Origin: an uncultured SAR86 cluster bacterium
GTDB lineage: Bacteria; Pseudomonadota; Gammaproteobacteria; Magnimaribacterales; AG-339-G14
Assembly (NCBI GenBank): GCA_902594855.1
Contig: CACJNS010000002.1
Coordinates: 18,003-82,002, forward strand
Length of the DNA: 64,000 bases
Reading direction: 5' to 3'
Notes under the pieces: generated by a model
What the model was told of the DNA's origin: nothing
Seen by the model: the letters and a program-made list of their open reading frames with translations, nothing else
The model's database searches: none
Program-made: the position numbers and the translations under genes
Shown here: positions 52,483-61,310 of the stretch, in pieces
Layout: each line of letters opens with the position of its first letter
How positions within the stretch are numbered: position 1 is the first letter of the stretch

Positions 52483-53259
52483 CTATCTTTTTGTTTCTTT
52501 AAGGATTTTAGAATAACTCTCTGATACAACATCAATTGGAATGGCAAAATTTAAACCTTGATTCCCACCAGTTGTCGATTCAATGAAATTAATTACGCCT
52601 AATAAATTTCCATTTGAATCAACCAACGCTCCACCAGAATTTCCAGGATTGATAGAAGCATCAGTCTGTATAAACGAACCTTGCTTGTTAATGAACTTCC
52701 TGCCGATTGCGGAAATTATTCCCATGGTGACTGATTGTCCAAGCCCTTGAGGGTTACCAATCGCATAAACAGTTTCACCAATATTTATATCTTCTATTTT
52801 TCTTTTTCTTTGAATCGGTGAAATATTTGCAGTTTTTTCTACTAATTTTAATACTGCTAAATCATTGTCTCTATCTATGCCTATAATTACAACTTCGTGA
52901 TTTGATCCGTCATAAAATTCAGCAAGAAGTTTTTGTTTCAATTTAATTGAATTATTCAAAACATGTAGATTAGTGATTACATGACCTTCATCATCAAAAA
53001 TTACTCCAGATCCATCAGGAAAAAAACCTGTTTTGATGACTTGTTTCCATCTTCTTAGGCCTAATGAAGGAGTTTTTTCTTGCCATTCTCTCCACCGACG
53101 AAGACTCCAAATATTTACAACAGATGATGAAGATTTTTCGAAGTTAAATCCTCTCGAAGAATATTCATTTCTATCTCCTAAACCTACCAAAGTTAGGAAA
53201 CCATACCCTGCAAAGGTTCCCAGTATTATCCATATAGATAGTGTGTAAAAAGAGCGCAT
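52483..53259 (-). CDS. membrane-anchored HtrA/DegS-like serine protease lacking a PDZ domain
   Basis: N-terminal TM, GSGVI, TNLHV (His), DLAVLK (Asp) and NPGNSGG (Ser). Ends shortly after NFAIP; degS/algW position next to rplM. Confidence 0.88.
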   Translation of the reverse strand: MRSFYTLSIWIILGTFAGYGFLTLVGLGDRNEYSSRGFNFEKSSSSVVNIWSLRRWREWQEKTPSLGLRRWKQVIKTGFFPDGSGVIFDDEGHVITNLHVLNNSIKLKQKLLAEFYDGSNHEVVIIGIDRDNDLAVLKLVEKTANISPIQRKRKIEDINIGETVYAIGNPQGLGQSVTMGIISAIGRKFINKQGSFIQTDASINPGNSGGALVDSNGNLLGVINFIESTTGGNQGLNFAIPIDVVSESYSKILKETKR

Positions 53260-53275
53260 TTTTTATTATTCAGAG

Positions 53276-53314
53276 TTGTAAATTATAACCTCTCTAATGT
53301 ATCATTCACGCGCC
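53276..53314 (+). promoter_or_regulatory. promoter for rplM-rpsI with GC-rich discriminator
   Basis: TTGTAA (53276-53281), 18 nt, TATCAT (53300-53305), then TCACGCGCC. Confidence 0.65.
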
Positions 53315-53327
53315 TTTTACGTTAATT

Positions 53328-53756
53328 ATGGATACAAAATCTTACAAACTAGATTCACTTGATAAAGGTTGGTTGTTAGTAGATGCTTCCGACAAAACCT
53401 TAGGTCGTTTAAGCACTAACATTGCAAAGATTTTAATGGGGAAAAATAAACCTGAGTATACCCCTCATAATGACGTTGGAGACTATGTAGTTGTTATAAA
53501 TGCTGAGAAAATAAAAGTAACTGGAAATAAAAACGAGCAAAAAATGTATTACCGACATACCGGTTATCCTGGTGGAATAAAATCTCAAAATTTTAATGAC
53601 CTAATTGCTTCATATCCGGATAGAATAATTACCTCTGCAGTTAAAGGTATGTTGCCTAAAAATAAACTATCAAACTCAGTTATAAAAAAACTTAAAGTCT
53701 ATAAGGGAGAATCTCATCCGCATAGCGCTCAAAATCCTGTAAAACTCGAGATCTAA
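53328..53756 (+). CDS. rplM: 50S ribosomal protein L13
   Basis: [25 protein letters not shown] and GMLPK motifs. Confidence 0.99.
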   Translation: MDTKSYKLDSLDKGWLLVDASDKTLGRLSTNIAKILMGKNKPEYTPHNDVGDYVVVINAEKIKVTGNKNEQKMYYRHTGYPGGIKSQNFNDLIASYPDRIITSAVKGMLPKNKLSNSVIKKLKVYKGESHPHSAQNPVKLEI

Positions 53757-53764
53757 AATAAAAT

Positions 53765-54157
53765 ATGAGCGATAATCAGTATTATTCAACCGGCAGAAGA
53801 AAAACTTCTACAGCCAGGGTTTATCTCAGTTCTGGCGGGGGCTCCATATTAGTTAACGATCTACCATTAGAAGAATATTTCGGTCGAGAAGTAGCTAGAA
53901 TATTGGTCAAACAACCAATTGAGCTAGTTGAGATGGTAGACAAATTCGACTTGAAAATTTATGTTTCTGGTGGTGGATATTTTGGCCAAGCAGGGGCTAT
54001 AAGACATGGACTCTCTAGGGCCCTTGTCAAATATGACGAATCTCTTAAGCCAGTTCTTAAAGAGGCCGGTTTCCTTACAAGAGATTCAAGAAAAGTAGAA
54101 AGGAAAAAGGTAGGTTTAAGAAAAGCTAGAAAAGCTCCTCAGTTCAGCAAAAGATAG
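53765..54157 (+). CDS. rpsI: 30S ribosomal protein S9
   Basis: [14 protein letters not shown] and [11 protein letters not shown]...QFSKR. Confidence 0.99.
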   Translation: MSDNQYYSTGRRKTSTARVYLSSGGGSILVNDLPLEEYFGREVARILVKQPIELVEMVDKFDLKIYVSGGGYFGQAGAIRHGLSRALVKYDESLKPVLKEAGFLTRDSRKVERKKVGLRKARKAPQFSKR

Positions 54158-54162
54158 ACTTT

Positions 54163-54756
54163 ATGCAGCCAAAATCTCCTCCTAACCCAATAAGACGACA
54201 ATTACTAACCTCAATCACATCCTTGCTTGGGTTTGTGGGTGTTATTTTTGCAGCTATTCCTTTTCTAAGTGCATTCAAGCCTAGTGCTCGAGCTGAAGCT
54301 GCTGGAGCACCTGTAAAAGTTAATATTAGCAAGCTAAGTCCAGGAGAATTAATGACTGTGGAATGGAGAGGTATGCCTGTATTTGTTTACAAAGTCTCAA
54401 GCGAAGCTCAAAACGCTTTATCCGCAGATAAATCTAAATTAGCTGACCCTAATTCAGATCAACAACAACAACCTGAGTACGCACAAAACGATACAAGATC
54501 TAGAAAAAAGGGTATCGCCGTTGTAAAAGGAGTTTGTACTCATTTAGGCTGTGCCCCAAAGTTTTATCCAGAAGCCACCTCACAGGATTTTGATCCTAAT
54601 TGGCAGGGTGGTTTTTTCTGTCCATGCCATGGATCAAAATTTGATCTCGCTGGAAGAGTTTATGCCAATGTACCTGCCCCAACCAACCTTGAAGTCCCAC
54701 CTCATTATTTTGAGACCGATTCTACGTTGGTAATCGGTTCCGATGGAGCAAGTTAA
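54163..54756 (+). CDS. petA: cytochrome bc1 Rieske iron-sulfur subunit
   Basis: Tat-like RRQLL anchor; CTHLGC and CPCHGS boxes. Confidence 0.98.
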   Translation: MQPKSPPNPIRRQLLTSITSLLGFVGVIFAAIPFLSAFKPSARAEAAGAPVKVNISKLSPGELMTVEWRGMPVFVYKVSSEAQNALSADKSKLADPNSDQQQQPEYAQNDTRSRKKGIAVVKGVCTHLGCAPKFYPEATSQDFDPNWQGGFFCPCHGSKFDLAGRVYANVPAPTNLEVPPHYFETDSTLVIGSDGAS

Positions 54757-56009
54757 TGACAACTGATACTAGAACGAAACGTTTCCTTAGTTGGATAGAT
54801 TTTAGATTTCCTTTAACTGAAGTTTTCGAAAGGCATTTATCTAAATATCCTGCACCCACTAACCTCAATATTTGGTATCTCTTTGGATTTCTTCTTATTG
54901 TTGTATTGGCAATGCAAATTGTCACAGGTCTTTGGCTGATGATGAATTATACAAATTCAGCAGAAGAGGCTTTTTCTTCTGTTGAATATATCATGAGAGA
55001 TGTAGAGTATGGATGGCTTATCCGTTACATGCATGCTGCAGGAGCCTCAGCATTTTTTGCACTTATCTATTTGCATATGTTTAGAGGAATGATGTACGGA
55101 TCCTATCAAAAACCTAGAGAGCTGATATGGCTCGGAGGTTGGTTTACCTATCTCATTCTAATGGCTGAAGGTTTCACAGGCTATGTTCTTCCTTGGGGTC
55201 AAATGTCGTTTTGGGCTGCTCAAGTTATCATTTCATTGTTTAGTTCAATACCTGTTGTAGGAGAAGATTTGGCAACATGGATAAGGGGTGATTACTTGGT
55301 ATCAGGAATTACTCTATCAAGGCTATTTGCATTTCATGTAGTCCTTCTTCCAATATTACTAATTGCAATTGTTTTCTTTCATATACTTGCACTTCATGAA
55401 ATTGGTTCAAATAATCCAGATGGAATAGACGTTAAAAAACATCTTGATGAAGACGGAGTTCCATTGGATACAAAACCATTTTTTCCCTACGACATTAGTC
55501 ATGATATTTTTGCTCTCGGCGTATTCCTGATTATATTCTGTTCTGTGGTCTTCTTCTTTCCAACAGGTGGTGGGTACATTATCGAATATGTAAATTATGA
55601 GCCAGCTAATCCCCTTTCTACTCCAGCTCACATCGTTCCCTCATGGTATTACACTCCGTTCTATGCCATGTTGAGAGCTGTGGATTTCCCTTTATTCGGA
55701 CTAACTGCAAAATTTCTTGGGTTTGCCACTATGATGGCTGCAGTTGCTATCTTTGCTGTTCTACCTTGGCTTGATCGAAGCCCTGTGAAATCGATCAAAT
55801 ATAAAGGGATATTAAGTAAGACTTTCTTAGGAATCTTTGTGGTAAGTTTCTTTGCCCTTTGTTATCTAGGTATGGTTCCTCCCACAGAAACAAAAACACT
55901 GCTATCAAAAATTTTCACATTGGGTTATTTCTCATATTTTCTATTGATGCCAATTTATACAAGGATAGAGAAATGCAAACCTGTTCCGGAGAGAGTAGCA
56001 GAAGCATGA
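54756..56009 (+). CDS. petB: cytochrome b
   Basis: [23 protein letters not shown] and FAFH motifs; PSWY variant of PEWY. Confidence 0.98.
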   Translation: MTTDTRTKRFLSWIDFRFPLTEVFERHLSKYPAPTNLNIWYLFGFLLIVVLAMQIVTGLWLMMNYTNSAEEAFSSVEYIMRDVEYGWLIRYMHAAGASAFFALIYLHMFRGMMYGSYQKPRELIWLGGWFTYLILMAEGFTGYVLPWGQMSFWAAQVIISLFSSIPVVGEDLATWIRGDYLVSGITLSRLFAFHVVLLPILLIAIVFFHILALHEIGSNNPDGIDVKKHLDEDGVPLDTKPFFPYDISHDIFALGVFLIIFCSVVFFFPTGGGYIIEYVNYEPANPLSTPAHIVPSWYYTPFYAMLRAVDFPLFGLTAKFLGFATMMAAVAIFAVLPWLDRSPVKSIKYKGILSKTFLGIFVVSFFALCYLGMVPPTETKTLLSKIFTLGYFSYFLLMPIYTRIEKCKPVPERVAEA

Positions 56010-56668
56010 AGCTATTAGTTTTTTTGGCTTTTGCTTTTTTTTCAGGGCTATCTATTTCCGCAGGAGATTACAAATGCGGCTCAATTGAATGTTATGAATT
56101 CAGCCCTGATACAAAAGATAAAGAATCCCTTCAAAGAGGTCTTTCAGCATATATGAACTATTGTTATGGATGTCACTCTCTCAAATATTCACGTTACAAA
56201 AGAGTTGCCGAAGATCTCTCAATCCCTCTTGATATTTATGAGCAAAACTTGATTTTTGATGACTCTAAAATAGGTGACTTGATGCATATAAGTCTCAAGG
56301 AATCCAAGGCTATAGAGCTATTAGGAGCCAAACCTCCTGATTTGACTTTAGAAGCAAGATTAAGATCTCCCGAGTGGGTTTATACTTATTTAGATACTTT
56401 TTATGAGGACTCCTCTAGACCTTATGGAGTCAATAATAAAGTTTATGTAAATGTTTCCATGCCACATGTTTTGGAAGACATCCAGTTAGAATTATCTGAA
56501 GAGGAATACGATAGATATATTGCTGATATAACCAATTTTCTTACGTATGTTTCAGATCCATCAGCTGAAACCAGAAAACAGCTTGGTATATATGTTATCC
56601 TTTTTCTTTTAATCTTCACTGCTTTCGCTTATCTGGTTTATAGAGAGTTTAAAAAAGACTTAAAATAA
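56006..56668 (+). CDS. petC: cytochrome c1
   Basis: CYGCH heme motif, PPDL, SMPHVL and C-terminal TM. Start placed at ATG 56006 (ATGA overlap with petB). Confidence 0.96.
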   Translation: MKLLVFLAFAFFSGLSISAGDYKCGSIECYEFSPDTKDKESLQRGLSAYMNYCYGCHSLKYSRYKRVAEDLSIPLDIYEQNLIFDDSKIGDLMHISLKESKAIELLGAKPPDLTLEARLRSPEWVYTYLDTFYEDSSRPYGVNNKVYVNVSMPHVLEDIQLELSEEEYDRYIADITNFLTYVSDPSAETRKQLGIYVILFLLIFTAFAYLVYREFKKDLK

Positions 56669-56677
56669 ATTTATAAA

Positions 56678-57322
56678 ATGACAAGTTTATTAGGTAAAAG
56701 ATCATCCATGGTCTTATTTCATAATGAAATTGGACATCAAAGCCATAAAGTAAGAATAGTACTATCAGAAAAGGGTATAACCGCCGATCTTGAAGCTTTA
56801 GATCCTGAAAATCTTCCAAAAGAAATTCTAGAAGTTAATCCAAAAGGTTTTCTTCCTTTACTCATAGACAGAGAGTTAGCCTTGTATAAGTCTCAACTAA
56901 TTGTTGAATACTTGGATGAAAGATTTCCTCATCCCCCCTTGCTTCCTGTTTATCCTGTGGCAAGAGCTCAAACAAGATTAATTCTTCATAGAATTGAGGA
57001 AGAGTGGACTTATCATGTTGATATTCTGGAAGATGCATCTGCCACAACAGCAAAAAAGAATTCTTCAAGAAAGGAGCTCAAAAAAAATATAACAAATTCA
57101 ATGATGCTTTTTGATGGCTCTGAATACTTCCGAAGCGAGGAATTTTCCGTATTAGATGCAACAATCATTCCTATTTTGATTAGATTGAAATTCTTAGGCG
57201 TGGATATTCCCAACAATAAATCAACTAAAAATATGCATGAATACGTTGAGAGGATGGTTGAAAATGAGCTTATACAAGAGAGTTTAACGTTACGCGAGAG
57301 AGAATCTTTTTTTACCGATTAA
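56678..57322 (+). CDS. sspA: stringent starvation protein A
   Basis: SHKVRIVLSEKG and YLDERFPHPPLLPVYPVAR motifs. Confidence 0.95.
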   Translation: MTSLLGKRSSMVLFHNEIGHQSHKVRIVLSEKGITADLEALDPENLPKEILEVNPKGFLPLLIDRELALYKSQLIVEYLDERFPHPPLLPVYPVARAQTRLILHRIEEEWTYHVDILEDASATTAKKNSSRKELKKNITNSMMLFDGSEYFRSEEFSVLDATIIPILIRLKFLGVDIPNNKSTKNMHEYVERMVENELIQESLTLRERESFFTD

Positions 57323-57323
57323 G

Positions 57324-58379
57324 TTAACCTTGCTTTACTCCGCTAAGATCTATTCTGAATTTTAAAGGATTAGAATAAAGAAAATTCTCTTTAATTTCAT
57401 ATTTACCAAGTAATCCAGAAAAATTAGAAGATCTGCCTCTAATTTTTGCTCCAAAGAAGAAAATATCAAAGCCAGCCGAAAAAGCAATTTTCTCGTTAAC
57501 ATTCAATTCAGGAATGATTTTTTCAAAGATATTCATTCTGTTTAATAATACTGGATACTCAAGGCCTTCAACTTTATTAAGTTCGCTTAAGCTTAATTCT
57601 GAATTCCAAACATCTAATGATTTAGGGTAAGTTAAAACCTCAGCATCAAAAATTAAATTATAGCGAATAGCAGGAATAATTCTTTTTGTTTCATTCGGTA
57701 AGGCATTGATAAATATTTTATCAATATCCTTTCTTTTTCGAGGAGAGAAGTTAATTTTTTCTTTTAAAACATTCCTCAAGGACCTTGCTCTTTCATTGCT
57801 TAAATTGATTTCAAAGTAATCAGCAATTTTTTGTTCGTAGTCCGAACTGTTCCTTAAAGACAAGGTATTTTCATTATTTTTTGAATTTCGATTTTTTCCA
57901 GTAATGAGAAGAGATTTTTCATCGATCTGGATAAACTCATTTTCACTATTTATATTTATCGATGTGAAGAGAGAATTTCTTGATAATCTTCTTTTGCACT
58001 TTCTGTAGAATTCTGAATTGATATCACTCACTAGTATTAAATTGAAACCCCTGGCTTTAATTATGCTGCAATCACTTTCTTCATTAAAAGCGATAAATGA
58101 GAGTTTCGACTTCATAGAATCTTCATTAGAAAAAAACCCAAACTCTATACCTTTCATGAAAGAAGAAATGAGTTTTTCATCAATCTCTTCCGAGAAGAAA
58201 ATATGATAAGAAGAAGAGAAGTTTTTATTTTTATAGAAATTTTCAACAAAAGACTGCGAAAAGTTACTATCGATGATTTGCTCTTTATCTAATAAAACTT
58301 TATCTTCCATATTCATAGAACAGTGAAATAGGAATACACTGATGATTAAAAAATAAACTTTTTTCAAATAGTCTTTCAT
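57324..58379 (-). CDS. shortened LpoA/LppC-family outer-membrane lipoprotein
   Basis: Lipobox-like LFHC; SPRKRKDIDKIFI...KRIIPAIRY resembles the LpoA C-domain; divergent from rsmI. Confidence 0.65.
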   Translation of the reverse strand: MKDYLKKVYFLIISVFLFHCSMNMEDKVLLDKEQIIDSNFSQSFVENFYKNKNFSSSYHIFFSEEIDEKLISSFMKGIEFGFFSNEDSMKSKLSFIAFNEESDCSIIKARGFNLILVSDINSEFYRKCKRRLSRNSLFTSININSENEFIQIDEKSLLITGKNRNSKNNENTLSLRNSSDYEQKIADYFEINLSNERARSLRNVLKEKINFSPRKRKDIDKIFINALPNETKRIIPAIRYNLIFDAEVLTYPKSLDVWNSELSLSELNKVEGLEYPVLLNRMNIFEKIIPELNVNEKIAFSAGFDIFFFGAKIRGRSSNFSGLLGKYEIKENFLYSNPLKFRIDLSGVKQG

Positions 58380-58382
58380 AAA

Positions 58383-59219
58383 TTGCCTACATTATATTTA
58401 GTCAGTACACCGATAGGAAATAAATTAGATGTTTCTTTAAGGGCTCAAAATGTGCTTTCCTCAGTTGATGTCATTCTATGCGAGGACACAAAAAAATCGG
58501 GTATCTTTTTGAAAGATTTAGGCATAAAAAATAAATTACTCTCTTATCATGATCACTCGAATGTTTCGAAAATTAATTATTTCCTAAAGCTACTAAAAGA
58601 AGGCGCCTCTTTGGCCATAATCTCTGATGCAGGAACACCTTTAATATCTGATCCCGGATACGAATTAGTTGCTAAAGCCATTGATGAGAAAATTAAAGTT
58701 ACCTCAATACCAGGACCTTCTGCTGTTACTTCGGCTTTAATATCGTCAGGTTTACCAACAAGTTCTTTTGTATTTGAAGGTTATGCTCCAAAAAAAAAGG
58801 GTCAGCTAGAAACGTTCTTAAAAAATTTACAATATGAGATGAGAACTATCATTCTGTTTGAATCTCCAAAGAGGATAGAAAGATTGATGCAGATGATTGT
58901 AAAAATTTTAGGTCCTAAAAGGAAAGTATCCTTAGCAAAAGAGCTCACAAAGAAATTTGAGAGAGTCATAACAGATGAGGCTAAAGAAATTCATGAATTA
59001 ATAATAAAAGATGAAACTTTAAAAAAAGGTGAGATGGTTATAGTGATTGAAGGCTCCAAAGAGAAGCAACTTATTTTAGTCGAACATGAGAAAGTCCTCT
59101 TTAAAGAGATCCAAAAATTAAACGGAACCAAGGCAGCATCCAAAATTGTCTCAAAGATTTCCTCAAAAACCTCAAAAGAGATTTACTCAATTTTCAGCGA
59201 ATCAAAGAATGACAAATGA
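58383..59219 (+). CDS. rsmI: 16S rRNA C1402 2'-O-methyltransferase (TTG start)
   Basis: LYLVSTPIGN, CEDT, SDAGTPLISDPG, FESP and KELTKKFE motifs. Confidence 0.97.
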   Translation: MPTLYLVSTPIGNKLDVSLRAQNVLSSVDVILCEDTKKSGIFLKDLGIKNKLLSYHDHSNVSKINYFLKLLKEGASLAIISDAGTPLISDPGYELVAKAIDEKIKVTSIPGPSAVTSALISSGLPTSSFVFEGYAPKKKGQLETFLKNLQYEMRTIILFESPKRIERLMQMIVKILGPKRKVSLAKELTKKFERVITDEAKEIHELIIKDETLKKGEMVIVIEGSKEKQLILVEHEKVLFKEIQKLNGTKAASKIVSKISSKTSKEIYSIFSESKNDK

Positions 59220-59243
59220 GTCCAAATACTTATAATTAGCATC

Positions 59244-59574
59244 GAGCTGACCGGGTAATCGCTGTCAAATAGATAGAGGAAAGTCCGGGCTCCATAGAGA
59301 ATGATGCCAGATAACATCTGGGTGCTGCGAAGTAACGGATAGTGCAACAGAAAATAAACCGCCTTGTGTTAAAAGGTAAGGGTGAAAAGGTGCGGTAAGA
59401 GCGCACCAGACTTTTGGTAACAAAAGTCGTTGGCAAACCCCATCAGGAGCAAGACCAAATAGAGACCTGCTAATGTTTCTCGCATTAGGTCAGGGTAGGT
59501 TGCTAGAGGTTTATGGCAACATAAATCCTAGAGGAATGATTACCAATTACAGAACCCGGCTTATAGGTCAGCTC
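59244..59574 (+). ncRNA. rnpB: RNase P RNA, bacterial type A
   Basis: GAGGAAAGTCCGGGCTCC, AGTGCAACAGAAA, GGTAAGGGTGAAA, GAGCAAGACCAAATAG and ACAGAACCCGGCTTA; P1 is GAGCTGACC/GGTCAGCTC. Confidence 0.98.
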
Positions 59575-59620
59575 ACATAATAAATATCCTTAAAACCCTT
59601 ATATTTTGGGACTAAACCTC

Positions 59621-59649
59621 TTGACAGTGATTATACAAATGTCTAAAGT
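59621..59649 (+). promoter_or_regulatory. dcw (mraZ) promoter
   Basis: TTGACA (59621-59626), 17 nt, TAAAGT (59644-59649). Confidence 0.8.
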
Positions 59650-59690
59650 GTGCTGAAGTGCACATTTGTGTATCTATGTGTGTAAAAGGG
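59648..59690 (+). promoter_or_regulatory. MraZ operator: GTG direct repeats at a 10-bp period
   Basis: GTG at 59648, 59658, 59668 and 59678, and GGG at 59688; overlaps the -10 element and TSS. Confidence 0.8.
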
Positions 59691-59697
59691 GTCTTGT

Positions 59698-60180
59698 TTG
59701 ATGGCTATAGGACTTTATGGATACAGTAGTTTGGCATTGGATTCTAAAGGACGAATTGCAATGCCAGCAAAGTATAAAGAAGCTTTAAAAGAAGTTTCAG
59801 AGGGTTCTTTGGTCATTACTAGGGACCCACAATATCCTTCCTTAAGAATCTATCCAGGCAGTTTATGGAAAACCATATCGAAAGCTTTTGAAAACTTATC
59901 TGGCCTAGATTCAAAAATTAGATCTATTCAGTGGAATTTTCTTGGATATGCAAATTTAATTGATTTTGAAGTCAATGATCGGATGCAAATACTTATTCCT
60001 CAAAGCTTAAGAGATTACGCTCAATTAAAAGTTAAAGAAAAAGTATCTTTGATTGGTATGGGTCAGAAATTTGAAGTATGGAATGAAAAAAATTGGCTTG
60101 CAAAAGAGAAAGGTCAACAAATTCAAGGTGAAAAATTAGATATCGACTTACCTTCTAACGTCCAGGAGATCCCTTTTTAG
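59698..60180 (+). CDS. mraZ: division/cell-wall cluster transcriptional repressor MraZ
   Basis: LDSKGRIAMP, ILIPQSLRDYAQL and FEVW motifs; start TTG 59698 or ATG 59701. Confidence 0.92.
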   Translation: MMAIGLYGYSSLALDSKGRIAMPAKYKEALKEVSEGSLVITRDPQYPSLRIYPGSLWKTISKAFENLSGLDSKIRSIQWNFLGYANLIDFEVNDRMQILIPQSLRDYAQLKVKEKVSLIGMGQKFEVWNEKNWLAKEKGQQIQGEKLDIDLPSNVQEIPF

Positions 60181-60184
60181 CATC

Positions 60185-61039
60185 ATGTTCACTCATCAGC
60201 CAGTAATGATCAACGAAACTATTAAAAATTTAGTTCATGATCCTGCCGGCACTTATTTAGATTGTACTTTTGGCTTAGGGGGACATTCAAAAAAGATTTT
60301 AGAAAACCTTAACGATAATGGCCGATTAATTGCAATAGACAGAGACAAAGAAACTGTCTTGTATTCACAAAAAATAAAAGACAAAAGATTTCATTTTAAA
60401 AATCTAAATTTTTCAAAAATTGAAAGTTTAGATACAAGACTAGACGGTATCTTTTTTGATCTAGGGAATTCTTCTATGCAATTAGATGATCCAGAAAGAG
60501 GATTTAGCTTTCAAAAGGATGGTCCTCTTGATATGAGAATGAACAAAGAAGAGGAAATTACAGCAGAACAATGGATAAATACTGCAACAGAGAAAGAAAT
60601 AAGTGACGTCTTATTTCATTTGGGCGAAGAGCGAAAATCTAGGTTTTATGCCAGGAAAATTGTTGAATCAAGAAAAAAGACCAAGTTTAAAAGCACAGCA
60701 CAGCTTTCTTTATTTATTCAGAAATATAGCAGTTCACAAAAGCGTCATCCAGCAACTAATGTATTCAGAGCAATAAGAATGCATATAAATAATGAAATTG
60801 AAGAGATGATCAATGGATTTAAATCAGCAGCTTGCCTACTCAAGCAAAATGGAAAATTAATCATCATAAGCTTTCATTCCATAGAAGATAGAATAGCTAA
60901 AAACTTTCTCAGATCAGAGGAAGCAAAAAATCTTAATCTTAAAAAGCAAGGAAAGCCTATTAAGCCAACAAATAATGAAATTAAGTCTAATCCGAGATCA
61001 AGGAGCGCAATAATGAGAATTGCGATAAAAAATGTTTAA
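60185..61039 (+). CDS. rsmH: 16S rRNA C1402 N4-methyltransferase
   Basis: HQPVM, DCTFGLGGHS, QLDDPERGFSF, PLDMRM, SFHSIEDR and NPRSRSA motifs. Confidence 0.97.
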   Translation: MFTHQPVMINETIKNLVHDPAGTYLDCTFGLGGHSKKILENLNDNGRLIAIDRDKETVLYSQKIKDKRFHFKNLNFSKIESLDTRLDGIFFDLGNSSMQLDDPERGFSFQKDGPLDMRMNKEEEITAEQWINTATEKEISDVLFHLGEERKSRFYARKIVESRKKTKFKSTAQLSLFIQKYSSSQKRHPATNVFRAIRMHINNEIEEMINGFKSAACLLKQNGKLIIISFHSIEDRIAKNFLRSEEAKNLNLKKQGKPIKPTNNEIKSNPRSRSAIMRIAIKNV

Positions 61040-61310
61040 TCAAATGATATTGATATTTATTTTAGGATCTCTGATTTCTGCTTTTTTTAGTTCCTGCTTA
61101 GTTTTGAACAAGAATGCTAGTTACAAGCAATTAGTCTCAGAAAAGTATCTTTTAAACGACTATAAGTCAAAACTAGATGAGGAATCAGTTTATCTCAAGA
61201 ATAAGATATTAAATCTAACTTCTCACAATTCAGTAAAGGAAAAAACGGTTGACGAATATGGAATGATTTTGCCTGAATCCGTTCTTTTGATTCAAGGAGC
61301 AGAAAAGTGA
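61032..61310 (+). CDS. ftsL: probable cell division protein FtsL
   Basis: Single TM, coiled coil and YGMILP tail; immediately follows rsmH. Confidence 0.7.
   Translation: MFNQMILIFILGSLISAFFSSCLVLNKNASYKQLVSEKYLLNDYKSKLDEESVYLKNKILNLTSHNSVKEKTVDEYGMILPESVLLIQGAEK

Noticed and set aside
54460-54472. CAA trinucleotide run (QQQQ) in petA
   Set aside because: Short in-frame run in a variable Rieske loop; not a phase-variation tract.
59236-59436. 66-aa minus-strand ORF
   Set aside because: Antisense to RNase P RNA.
59575-59620. Terminator after rnpB
   Set aside because: Only a 3-bp CCC/GGG stem is visible, too weak to call.
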